Source of the DNA: Armatimonadia bacterium
GTDB lineage: Bacteria; Armatimonadota; Zipacnadia; Zipacnadales; UBA11051
Assembly: GCA_039683575.1 (NCBI GenBank)
Contig: JBDKRC010000026.1
Coordinates: forward strand, 1 to 29,224
Reading direction: 5' to 3'
DNA: 29,224 bases
Numbering within the stretch: position 1 is the stretch's first letter; every line of letters starts with the position of its first letter. Below, piece by piece: positions 18,225 through 26,465 of the stretch. Position numbers and translations under genes: made by a program. The notes under the pieces are model-generated. The model was not told the DNA's origin and ran no database searches. It worked only from the letters and a program-made list of their open reading frames with translations.

Positions 18225-20216
18225 GTGAGCGAAATCACCATCACCCTTCCCGACGGCAGCCAGCGCCTCGTCGCGTCCGGCACAACGGCCCTGCAGGTCG
18301 CCGAATCCATCGGCGCCCGTCTCGCCAAGGCCGCCGTCGCTGCCAAGTTCAACGAGGAGGTCATTGACCTCACCCGGCCGCTGGAGACGGACGGCACACT
18401 TGCCATCCTCACCTTCGACAGTGAAGAGGGCAAGGACGTCTACTGGCACTCCGCCGCGCACATCATGGCTGACGCCGTGCTGCGGATCTTCCCGCACGCC
18501 AAGCCGACCATCGGCCCGGCCATCGAGGAAGGTTTCTACTACGACTTCCACATGGATCGCCCCTTCAACGAAGACGACCTCGAGAAAATCGAGGCCGAGA
18601 TGAAGAAGATCGTGGACGCCGACCTGCCCTTCTCGTGCCATGTCGTCACCGCCGCCGAGGCCCGGGAGAAGTGGGAGCAGCAGGGCAACGAGTACAAGGT
18701 TGAGCTAATCGCTGACATCATCGCCGCCGACAAGGGCGTGGACGCCCCGCGTGGCGAAGAGCAGATTGCGGAGTTCGAGGAAGAGCACGCGGCGGACTAC
18801 GAGCACGTGCAGGCCAGCATCTACGAGCACGGCGACTTCGTGGACCTCTGCCGCGGGCCCCATGTCCCCTCCACAGGCCGCATCAAGGCCTTCAAGCTCA
18901 TCACCTCCTCCGGCGCGTACTGGCGCGGCAGTGAGATGAACCCGATGCTCCAGCGCATCTACGGGATCGCCTTCCCGAAGAAGGAACTGCTGGCCGAGTA
19001 CCTCGAGAAGCTCGAACAGGCGCGCCAGCGCGACCACCGCAAGCTCGGCCGCGAGCTTGACCTGTTCTCCTTCCACGAGGAAGCCGGCGCGGGCCTGGTG
19101 TACTACCACCCCAACGGCGCGATGTTGCGCCATCTGGTCACCGACTTCACCACCAAAGAGCACATGAAGCGCGGCTACCAGATGCTGCGGACCCCGCACC
19201 TCATCAAGTCCGACATCTGGGAGATCTCGGGCCACGCCCAGCAGGGCTACCCGATGTACTACACCGAGATCGAGGGCCAGTCCTACGGCATCAAGCCCAT
19301 GAACTGCCCGGGTCACATCCTTATCTACAAGACCCACAAGCACTCGTACCGCGAGCTGCCCCTGCGCTACTTCGAACTGGGCACCGTCTACCGCCACGAG
19401 CGCAGCGGCGTCCTGCACGGGCTCCTGCGCGTCCGGGGCTTCACGCAGGACGATGCGCACATCTTCTGCACCCCCGAGCAACTCAACGCTGAGATCATCG
19501 GCGTCATTGACTTCGCCAAGTACATGCTCAACACGTTCGGGTTTGAGCACTTTGAGGTCTTCCTGTCCACCCGCCCGGAGAAGTCCGTGGGCAGCGACGA
19601 GCTGTGGGAGATGGCGACCAACGCGCTGATCAAGGCGCTCAATGACAAGGGTCTGCCCTTTGAGATAGACGAGGGCGGCGGCGCCTACTACGGCCCCAAG
19701 ATCGACGTCAAGGTTCGCGACGCCATCGGCCGTATGTGGCAGTGCGCCACCATCCAGTGCGACTTCAACAACCCCGAGCGCTTCGACATGACCTATGTCG
19801 GCGAGGACGGCCAGGAGCACCGCCCGGTCATGATCCACCGCGTGGTCCTGGCGGGCATCGAGCGCTTCCTGGGCATCATGATCGAGAACTACGGCGGGGC
19901 CTTCCCGGTGTGGCTCTCCCCGGTGCAGGTCAAGGTGCTGCCGATCACCGACAAGCAACTCGACTACGCCACGACAGTCACGCGCAAGCTCAAGGATGCG
20001 GGCTACCGCGCCGAACTCGACGAGACCAGCTCCACCCTCGGCGCCAAAATCCGCGACGCGGAGCTTCAAAAGCTCCCCTACATGCTGATCGTGGGCGCCA
20101 AGGAAGAGGAAGCGGGCACAGTGGCAGTACGCCACCGCGAAGAGGGCGACCTGGGCCCGCAGCCGCTGGAAGCGTTCATGGAGAGGCTGGAGAAGGAGAA
20201 CGTGCCGGGGGCGTAG
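18225..20216 (+). CDS. thrS: Threonine--tRNA ligase
   Basis: GTG 18225 with GGAG RBS. TGS domain ITLPDGS, HSAAH, GPAIEEGFYYDF, DLCRGPH, RDHRKLG, KPMNCPGH, GLLRVRGFTQDDAHIFC, YGPKID, TIQCDF, MIHR, anticodon-binding domain. Confidence 0.99.
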   Translation: MSEITITLPDGSQRLVASGTTALQVAESIGARLAKAAVAAKFNEEVIDLTRPLETDGTLAILTFDSEEGKDVYWHSAAHIMADAVLRIFPHAKPTIGPAIEEGFYYDFHMDRPFNEDDLEKIEAEMKKIVDADLPFSCHVVTAAEAREKWEQQGNEYKVELIADIIAADKGVDAPRGEEQIAEFEEEHAADYEHVQASIYEHGDFVDLCRGPHVPSTGRIKAFKLITSSGAYWRGSEMNPMLQRIYGIAFPKKELLAEYLEKLEQARQRDHRKLGRELDLFSFHEEAGAGLVYYHPNGAMLRHLVTDFTTKEHMKRGYQMLRTPHLIKSDIWEISGHAQQGYPMYYTEIEGQSYGIKPMNCPGHILIYKTHKHSYRELPLRYFELGTVYRHERSGVLHGLLRVRGFTQDDAHIFCTPEQLNAEIIGVIDFAKYMLNTFGFEHFEVFLSTRPEKSVGSDELWEMATNALIKALNDKGLPFEIDEGGGAYYGPKIDVKVRDAIGRMWQCATIQCDFNNPERFDMTYVGEDGQEHRPVMIHRVVLAGIERFLGIMIENYGGAFPVWLSPVQVKVLPITDKQLDYATTVTRKLKDAGYRAELDETSSTLGAKIRDAELQKLPYMLIVGAKEEEAGTVAVRHREEGDLGPQPLEAFMERLEKENVPGA

Positions 20217-20240
20217 TATTTGTATCAGGAGGGGACAATA

Positions 20241-20951
20241 ATGGGTACGGACTATGCCTACATATTCACAGATACGTGCTATGCGGTTCATGGAACACGT
20301 TGGAGTTGGATTGAGACCCAGCTGCGCGGGTTGCGAAACATGCTCAATGGGATCGGAAGTGCCGATTGCGATAGCCGTTCCGGCAACTGTACTTTTCCGA
20401 TAGCTGTCTTTGCGCTAGTCGACTTCTTGTCCGACCTCTACGCGGGTGATTGTGAGTACCTATACTGCGGAGACAAGAAATGCCATTGCTCGAAGATCCA
20501 TGGGGCGCAGTCTCGGGCCCAATCGGGAATGGCCGCAGCGTTCATGCGTGAGTTCTTCGAGGGGATTGCGGCGGACATACCAAACATCCTGTGGGACGGA
20601 TTCAGAAATGGCCTCACGCATATGCTCATGCCGAAGACGCAGGCGATGGGGGGACATCAGTGCTTCTTCAGAGTCATGTCGCAGTCACCCGAACCTGCCG
20701 AAGTAGTGCATAGCGGTACTAATTACGCCATTGAGCTTAACGTGTGGGATCTCCTGGATCAGCTGGAAGGGGCAGTGTCTAGGTACAAGGAGCGGCTTGA
20801 GGCGGATGAGAAACTTCAAGCGAAGTTCCGAACAGTGTGGGAGGCTGGCGAGAGTCTCAGAGTTCCAGCTACCAAGTACTCAGATTCCGAGATGCGGGCC
20901 CTCGGCGCAGTGCCCGATGGTTCACGTACAAACCTATTCGACCGACAGTGA
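20241..20951 (+). CDS. Hypothetical protein with a HEPN-like RxxxxH motif
   Basis: AGGAGG RBS before ATG 20241. Likely helical, with LWDGF-RNGLTH and a Cys cluster CEYLYCGDKKCHC. Lower GC than the flanks. Confidence 0.65.
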   Translation: MGTDYAYIFTDTCYAVHGTRWSWIETQLRGLRNMLNGIGSADCDSRSGNCTFPIAVFALVDFLSDLYAGDCEYLYCGDKKCHCSKIHGAQSRAQSGMAAAFMREFFEGIAADIPNILWDGFRNGLTHMLMPKTQAMGGHQCFFRVMSQSPEPAEVVHSGTNYAIELNVWDLLDQLEGAVSRYKERLEADEKLQAKFRTVWEAGESLRVPATKYSDSEMRALGAVPDGSRTNLFDRQ

Positions 20952-21013
20952 GACTTTGAAGTCTGTCAACGCCGCGTGCTGTGCATACTGAACGCATCTG
21001 GAGGGGAGCGCTC

Positions 21014-21445
21014 ATGTCGGCCAAGAATGTCGGAGCAGGCGCTGCAGTGGGGTGCCTTGGCTGCCCCTGTTGCTGGCCGGTAGTTATTGCTCTAGTCGGT
21101 TTGGCTGGCGGGGGCCTATACATGCTTCTGTTTCCGCGAGTGCATAGGATCAGTGAGATGGCTCGAGAGTTCGTCGAGCGTGATCCGAGCCGTAGCGCTA
21201 CAGTTGACTCCGTCGAACGCACTGGGCCCTCTGAGTGGCAGGTGAATGGCCGTTACTACCCAAATGGCGGCAACGCATGGAACACGCCTGACAAGGCGTT
21301 TACCGTCAACGTGTACAGGATCGACGTCAAACAGACCTACTACGTACGCTACGATGCAGGAGTACAACGCGAGAGAGGCCCGGCGTGGCTCGTCTGCTAT
21401 CCTTGGCACAAAGGTCCGGTCGATCCTGATCAGGTTCGCCGATAG
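21014..21445 (+). CDS. Hypothetical membrane-anchored protein
   Basis: GGAG RBS. N-terminal GCLGCPCC followed by one hydrophobic helix (WPVVIALVGLAGGGLYMLLF) and a small soluble domain. Confidence 0.6.
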   Translation: MSAKNVGAGAAVGCLGCPCCWPVVIALVGLAGGGLYMLLFPRVHRISEMAREFVERDPSRSATVDSVERTGPSEWQVNGRYYPNGGNAWNTPDKAFTVNVYRIDVKQTYYVRYDAGVQRERGPAWLVCYPWHKGPVDPDQVRR

Positions 21446-21467
21446 CTGAGCGCGCCATCAAAAAGGT

Positions 21468-21595
21468 TGATCGGGCTCGAAGGAAGAGGAGCGGGCGCAG
21501 TAGCCGTCGGCCACCGCGAAGAGGGCGACCTCGGCCCGCAATCGCTGGAGGCGTTCATGGAGAGGCTGGAGAAAGAGAATGTGCCAGGGGCGTAA
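21468..21595 (+). pseudogene. thrS: Displaced, frameshifted copy of the thrS 3' end
   Basis: 21480-21595 aligns with 20100-20216 (13 substitutions and a 1-nt deletion, counted by hand). Weaker similarity extends back to 21468/20086. Confidence 0.9.
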
Positions 21596-21620
21596 CTGGC
21601 TCTCTCTGGAGGAAGACACC

Positions 21621-21660
21621 AAGCCGGCGCACTCAACCCGAGTCGCGCCGGCTTTGTTTT
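21621..21660 (+). terminator. Intrinsic terminator after the thrS 3' remnant
   Basis: AAGCCGGCGC (21621-21630) / GCGCCGGCTT (21645-21654), inner ACTC/GAGT, then TGTTTT. Confidence 0.8.
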
Positions 21661-21747
21661 GACTGGCGCTCAAGCAAGGTCCCGGACCGTCCGATGTCGA
21701 ACTGGTATACGTTGCTTCACAATCCCTAATCAAGGATGGTGCCGCAC

Positions 21748-22386
21748 ATGTCCAGGATATTCACCGTCGCCCTGCTGCTGCTCGTGCTCGTCGCTTCGCT
21801 CGCCCTGCTCACCGGCTGCCCCAAGCCACAGGAGAAGGCCGTCAGCCAGCCTACCCCCGAGCCCACACCGCCCACTGCCGAACCCGCCGCTGTCCCCGCT
21901 ACTGGCTTTGCCTGGACCGAGACCCCCAAGCTCGATAAGATCCCCGATGCTGCCGTCACTGGCATGATCAATGGCAAGCCCTTCAGCGCCAAGACCGTGC
22001 GGCTCGAGAAGCGCGACGGCCAGGTTGTCCTGCAGATCATCGATCAGAAACCCGACAAGCCCACTGGCATGGTCACTGGCGAAACCGGCGCCTCGCTGTA
22101 CCTGGCGCTACCCGAGGGCAAGCCCGCGGAGTATGTTGCCGGTATCAAGGACGCAAAGAAGGACCCCGCCGACGCTATCTACTACTACCCACAGGGTGGC
22201 GATAAGGGCCCGATGACCATGAACTCCGATTGGGGCGCGGCGCTCAAGATTGACGAGTGGAAGCTCGCCAAGGACCCGAGCGATCCTGCGGCACTCGGCA
22301 CGGTCAAGGGCAAAGTGGCCATCGTCTTTGCGGACGACCCCAAGAGCTTCGTCTCAGGAACGTTCGAGGGCGTCTACTACAAGTAG
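21748..22386 (+). CDS. Hypothetical lipoprotein
   Basis: Signal MSRIFTVALLLLVLVASLALLTG-C, Pro-rich linker, beta-rich domain ending FVSGTFEG. Alternative start at 21736. Confidence 0.8.
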   Translation: MSRIFTVALLLLVLVASLALLTGCPKPQEKAVSQPTPEPTPPTAEPAAVPATGFAWTETPKLDKIPDAAVTGMINGKPFSAKTVRLEKRDGQVVLQIIDQKPDKPTGMVTGETGASLYLALPEGKPAEYVAGIKDAKKDPADAIYYYPQGGDKGPMTMNSDWGAALKIDEWKLAKDPSDPAALGTVKGKVAIVFADDPKSFVSGTFEGVYYK

Positions 22387-22409
22387 CGTCCCGTCACGGA
22401 TGAAGATCG

Positions 22410-22441
22410 AGAGCGCGCCGGGGCCTTGGCGCGCTCTTTTT
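22410..22441 (+). terminator. Intrinsic terminator
   Basis: AGAGCGCGCC / GGCGCGCTCT 10-bp stem, then TTTT. Confidence 0.85.
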
Positions 22442-22465
22442 GCCACCGCATGACCGCTATGGAAG

Positions 22466-22563
22466 CGCCCGAAATGGGGACGGAGCCCTCGCGCCAACGG
22501 AGGCTGGATGGATTCCACCGCAGAAACACCGGCGTGAAGGCTCCGTCCCCATTTTGACTAACC
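22466..22563. repeat. REPIN/MITE-like element, copy A
   Basis: Arms AAATGGGGACGGAGCCCTCGCGCC (22472-22495) and GGCGTGAAGGCTCCGTCCCCATTT (22531-22554), 22/24 complementary. Confidence 0.8.
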
Positions 22564-22785
22564 AGTCTGCGCATAGCCACAGACCACCAATAGCGCGAAA
22601 AGGGCTCCATGGAAACCTCCGCGAAGCGTATGGAATCCAGCCCTAATCAGGGGGGGCTGAAGGACTACTTTCAGTTGTGATTGAATAGTCATGCCGGAGA
22701 GGTGGGCGGAGTTGGCGGACGAACTGCGGGGCCCGGACTCGGTGCCGGGCAGTCCTTTGATGTCAGATTCGGCGGAGGCATTGCC

Positions 22786-23637
22786 ATGAAGAAGATGTAC
22801 GTGGTCACAGACCTGGAGGGCGTGGCGGGGGTCTACCAGTGGGAAAATCGGGATGATGTCTCGATGGAGAATCACGAGCGGCGGTGCCGGCAGCGGCGCT
22901 GGTCGGCTGAGGAAGTCAACGCCATGGTGGAGGGTTTCGAGAAGGGTGGTATTGATGAAGTCTGGATCAATGATGGGCACGGGGCCGGGTATACGCTCGA
23001 TATCGAGCTGGTGAAGCCGGGGGTGCGGATCGAGCATGGCGGGAGCCGTCCCATGTACTGCACCGGCCTGGACAGCAGCTTTGCGGGGCTCGGGAGCATT
23101 GGAACCCATGCCATGGGCGGAACGCCGAACGCCAACCTGGCGCACACCATGGGCAAAGAGATCAAGTCCTACTCGCTCAACGGCGTTGTGGTGGGCGAGA
23201 CGGGTTACCAGGCCTTCCTGGCCGGGTACTATGACATCCCGTACGTCTTCTGCGCCGGAGATGCGGCGGCATGCCGGGAGATGGAGGAGCTTTGCCCCGG
23301 TTGCGTGACCGTGGCCGTGAAGGTGGGCCTGTCGATAACCTCGGCGCTGACGGTGACGCCCCTGAAGGCGCGTGAAATGATCCGCGAGGGGGCCCAGGAG
23401 GCCGTGAGCCGGGTCGGGCAGGTCAAGCCGCTGAAGATCGAGGGGCCGGTACTGTTCAGGGATGAGTGGCACAAGCCGATCTTCGACCCGCAGAACCCGC
23501 CGAAGCACAGCCGGGTCATTGACAGCCACACGCGGGAGATCGAGGCCGAGAACATGGCGGACTTCATGAATAGGATGTACGGCTTCGACCCGGAGTATCG
23601 GCCGCTGTGGTGGGATGATCCGCGGGTGTTGGGGTAG
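22786..23637 (+). CDS. M55-family metallopeptidase (DppA-like D-aminopeptidase), copy 1
   Basis: GGAGG RBS. TDLEG, NDGHG, GTHA, LAHT, GE, AGD and VAVK match the DppA Zn-ligand pattern. Confidence 0.9.
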   Translation: MKKMYVVTDLEGVAGVYQWENRDDVSMENHERRCRQRRWSAEEVNAMVEGFEKGGIDEVWINDGHGAGYTLDIELVKPGVRIEHGGSRPMYCTGLDSSFAGLGSIGTHAMGGTPNANLAHTMGKEIKSYSLNGVVVGETGYQAFLAGYYDIPYVFCAGDAAACREMEELCPGCVTVAVKVGLSITSALTVTPLKAREMIREGAQEAVSRVGQVKPLKIEGPVLFRDEWHKPIFDPQNPPKHSRVIDSHTREIEAENMADFMNRMYGFDPEYRPLWWDDPRVLG

Positions 23638-23638
23638 G

Positions 23639-23671
23639 AACGGCGAAAACAGAAAACGGAAAACGGAAAAC
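23639..23671 (+). repeat. Post-stop motif with 7-bp tandem repeat (N-GAAAAC x4)
   Basis: GAAAAC at 23645, 23652, 23659 and 23666. Confidence 0.7.
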
Positions 23672-23715
23672 AGGCGGAGGGGAACTGGGAACGGGGAATG
23701 TGTTTGAGCCGATGA

Positions 23716-23814
23716 GGTTGGTCAAAATGGGGACGGAGCCTTCGCGCCGATGGAGGCTCTGTCAGCGCCGCGAAACTGGACGTCGGCGCGAAGGCTCCGT
23801 CCCCATTTTGGGCG
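23716..23814. repeat. REPIN/MITE-like element, copy B
   Basis: Perfect 28-bp inverted repeat CAAAATGGGGACGGAGCCTTCGCGCCGA (23723-23750 / 23783-23810). Confidence 0.85.
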
Positions 23815-23875
23815 ATTTTGGTCAGGAAGCTCGGGACGGCGGGAGGGGAGAAGGAAAGATGGGAGTGAGATATCT

Positions 23876-24721
23876 ATGAAATTCTATCTGATGACTGACT
23901 ATGAAGGCGTGGCGGGGGTCTATACCTGGGAGAAGCGGGATGATGAGTCGCTGGAGAATTTCGAGCGGCGGATGCGGGGGAGGAGGCTTTTGGCGCGGGA
24001 GGTTGATGCCTGTGTGGATGGGCTGTATAAGGGCGGCGCGGGTGAAGTGATTGTGAATGATGGGCATGGGGCGGGGTATACGATTGATTTGGACCTGCTC
24101 GATGACCGGCCCTTGATCGTGCATGGGACGGGGCGGCCGTTCTGGCTGCCATATCTGGATGCAAGCTGCACGGCGACGGGGCTGCTCGGCGGGCATGCCA
24201 AGGCGCATACGCCGAATGCCAATCTGGCGCATACCATGAGTCATGGCATTGCGTATGAGATAAACGGGATCTCGATGGGTGAGGCAGGATTGCAGGCGGC
24301 AATCGCGGGACATTTTGGCGTTCCGTTTGTCTTAGTATGTGGAGATGCGCATCTGTGCAAGGAGATGGAGGCGCTGATCCCGGGGGTGGTGACGGCGGCG
24401 GTAAAGTGCGGGACGGGTCTGACAGGGGCAGTGACGCTGGCGCCGCAGGAAGCACATGAGCTGATCCGGGAACGGGCGGCGGAGGCGATGCAACGAATCG
24501 GTGAGGTTGCGCCGCTTAAGCTCGAGGGGCCAGTGCATTTCAAAGAGACGCTGGACGAGCCGGGATTTGATGAGTGGAACCCGCCGCCCCACAGCCGAGT
24601 CCTAGACTCTCGTACTCGTGAGATTGAGGCCACAGACATCATCGACCTCATGAACAAGCTTTACGGATATGATCCGCAGTGGCAAGCGCCGTCGTATGAC
24701 GCATTGCGGCGCGGTAGTTAG
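23876..24721 (+). CDS. M55-family metallopeptidase (DppA-like), copy 2
   Basis: TDYEG, NDGHG, GGHA, LAHT, MGE, CGD, AAVK. Colinear paralogue of 22786-23637. Confidence 0.9.
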   Translation: MKFYLMTDYEGVAGVYTWEKRDDESLENFERRMRGRRLLAREVDACVDGLYKGGAGEVIVNDGHGAGYTIDLDLLDDRPLIVHGTGRPFWLPYLDASCTATGLLGGHAKAHTPNANLAHTMSHGIAYEINGISMGEAGLQAAIAGHFGVPFVLVCGDAHLCKEMEALIPGVVTAAVKCGTGLTGAVTLAPQEAHELIRERAAEAMQRIGEVAPLKLEGPVHFKETLDEPGFDEWNPPPHSRVLDSRTREIEATDIIDLMNKLYGYDPQWQAPSYDALRRGS

Positions 24722-24767
24722 TGATAGCGCCGGAGGCGGCGCTGTCTGGCGTCCTGGGAGGACCTCC

Positions 24768-26465
24768 ATGATCGCAGTAGTACCTTGCAGCAAGAGTCGG
24801 GTAGGAGTTCATGTTGGCATCATCCTGACGCTGCTGGCCATGGCCAGCAGCGTTTTTGCTGCCCCGCAGTTCCCCTTTAATGGTAGCTTTGAGTTGGTTG
24901 CCGGTGGCACTCCGGTAGGCTGGGTGGCTAACGGCGCGTGGTTCCTGCGGCCCGATAGCGCAGCTACGGGACGCAACGGCGTGACTTTGCGCTCGGACAT
25001 GACCCGCAAAGGCATGGAGCTTTTGACGAGCGGCTATGTGATGGCCAAGCCGGGGGACAACGTCACGCTGAGCATGGCGTACAGCAGCGAGACCGGCGGC
25101 CCGAGCGTTGTGATCGTGTATTGCGATGCGCTGGGACGGCCCATGGCCGAGCATGTGCTGGGGGCATTGCCCGCGAGCCCCACGCGTACGAAGTATGAGC
25201 AGGAGATAGCGCTGGGCGAGGTAGAGATCGAGGTGCCAGCGCCAGTGGCGCCGGCCGAAGAGAAGCCAGCCGTGGAGACGCCTGCTGCACCGGCGACACC
25301 TGCTGACGATAAGCCGGCACCGGCTAACACGCCCGCGGCGGAGACACCTGCTGCTCCGGCGACAGAGACGCCCGCCGCCCCGGCAGCACCCGCTGCTGAC
25401 CAGCCGGCACCTGCTGCGCCCGCGGCAGAGACACCTGCTGCCCCGGCAGCTACGCCGCCCGCGGCCGATCAGCCGGCTGCCCCGGCCGAGCCACAGGCTC
25501 CCGCCGTGCCGGCGGAACCCGTGATGGAGAAGGTGCCGCTGGACTATACTTCGATCCGGCTGATGCTGCGGGTCGAGTGCGACGGGGTTGGGGCGCGGTT
25601 TGATGATGTTACGATCAAGCACAGCGGTGTGACGACGCCGTCGCCGATGACGCCCAAGATCGTGGCCGAGGCACGGCCGAACCTGCTGGCGAACCCCACG
25701 CTGAAGGTGACGCCTGAGGGGACGCTCATCGGGTGGAGCCCGGTGGAGCTTGGGGCATACAATGCCGAGGCCGCCACGGCTTGCGTGGCCGAGGGGGCTA
25801 CTGCAGCGGCCTTGACGCTTAGCGGCACGGAGCGCCCGGCCGGGTGGCTGTCCGATCCGGTGCTGCTGGATGGCGCGCTACCCTACCGCATGAAGGTGGA
25901 CCTGAATGCCGACGGGCTGGTGGCGGGGCAGGCGCTGGTGGTGCTGCGGCTGATGGACCCGCAGGACCCGTCGGCGGTGTGGATGCAGCAGGAGAAGCTG
26001 GTCGAGGCGGGGCAGTCCGGGCCGGTGACGATGACGCTGCCGCGGGTATTCAACGACCGGGCGCCGCTGAAGGCGCAGATCGGGGTCGCGCTGCTTGAGA
26101 AGGCGGAGGGGACGGCGGAAGTGAAGTCGGCAGCGCTGCAGCCCGAGCCGGTGAGTGTGTCGGTGCGCGGTGTGGCGATTGCGGGTGGGTTCAAGCGGCC
26201 GAAGGATGTGCAGCTCTTCATCACGGCGGTCAACAACACATACGCGACGCTGAAGCCCAAGGCGACGATGAAGGTCTTCGACAGCGCGGGGAATATGGTC
26301 TGCCAGGAGACCCGCGCGATCGTCGGTGGGGCTCGCAGCGCGGCTTATTTCCCGTACCGCCCCAAGCTGGTGTGCCCGGGGGCGTATACGCTGAAGGTGT
26401 GGGTGCAGAACGGTGGCAAAGAGATGGGGACGGCGGAGTACGGGTTTACGGTCGGGGAAGGCTAA
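24768..26465 (+). CDS. Secreted protein with carbohydrate-binding-module-like beta-sandwich domains and a Pro/Ala-rich repeat insert
   Basis: GGAGG RBS. Signal peptide ending SSVFA-A. NGSFE...PVGW...FDDV and NLLANP...IGW resemble CBM4/9-like domains. PAAETPAAPA repeats. Confidence 0.7.
   Translation: MIAVVPCSKSRVGVHVGIILTLLAMASSVFAAPQFPFNGSFELVAGGTPVGWVANGAWFLRPDSAATGRNGVTLRSDMTRKGMELLTSGYVMAKPGDNVTLSMAYSSETGGPSVVIVYCDALGRPMAEHVLGALPASPTRTKYEQEIALGEVEIEVPAPVAPAEEKPAVETPAAPATPADDKPAPANTPAAETPAAPATETPAAPAAPAADQPAPAAPAAETPAAPAATPPAADQPAAPAEPQAPAVPAEPVMEKVPLDYTSIRLMLRVECDGVGARFDDVTIKHSGVTTPSPMTPKIVAEARPNLLANPTLKVTPEGTLIGWSPVELGAYNAEAATACVAEGATAAALTLSGTERPAGWLSDPVLLDGALPYRMKVDLNADGLVAGQALVVLRLMDPQDPSAVWMQQEKLVEAGQSGPVTMTLPRVFNDRAPLKAQIGVALLEKAEGTAEVKSAALQPEPVSVSVRGVAIAGGFKRPKDVQLFITAVNNTYATLKPKATMKVFDSAGNMVCQETRAIVGGARSAAYFPYRPKLVCPGAYTLKVWVQNGGKEMGTAEYGFTVGEG

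Noticed and set aside
3-20216. Remnant of the thrS-infC-rpmI-rplT-pheST cluster
   Set aside because: Order is reversed, 16.6 kb of unrelated genes intervene, and infC/rpmI/rplT are absent.
18705-20291. Long antisense ORFs (528 aa here; also 27694-28983, 15183-16427, 11562-12797, 22558-23529)
   Set aside because: Shadow frames of real genes in high-GC DNA, with no recognisable motifs.
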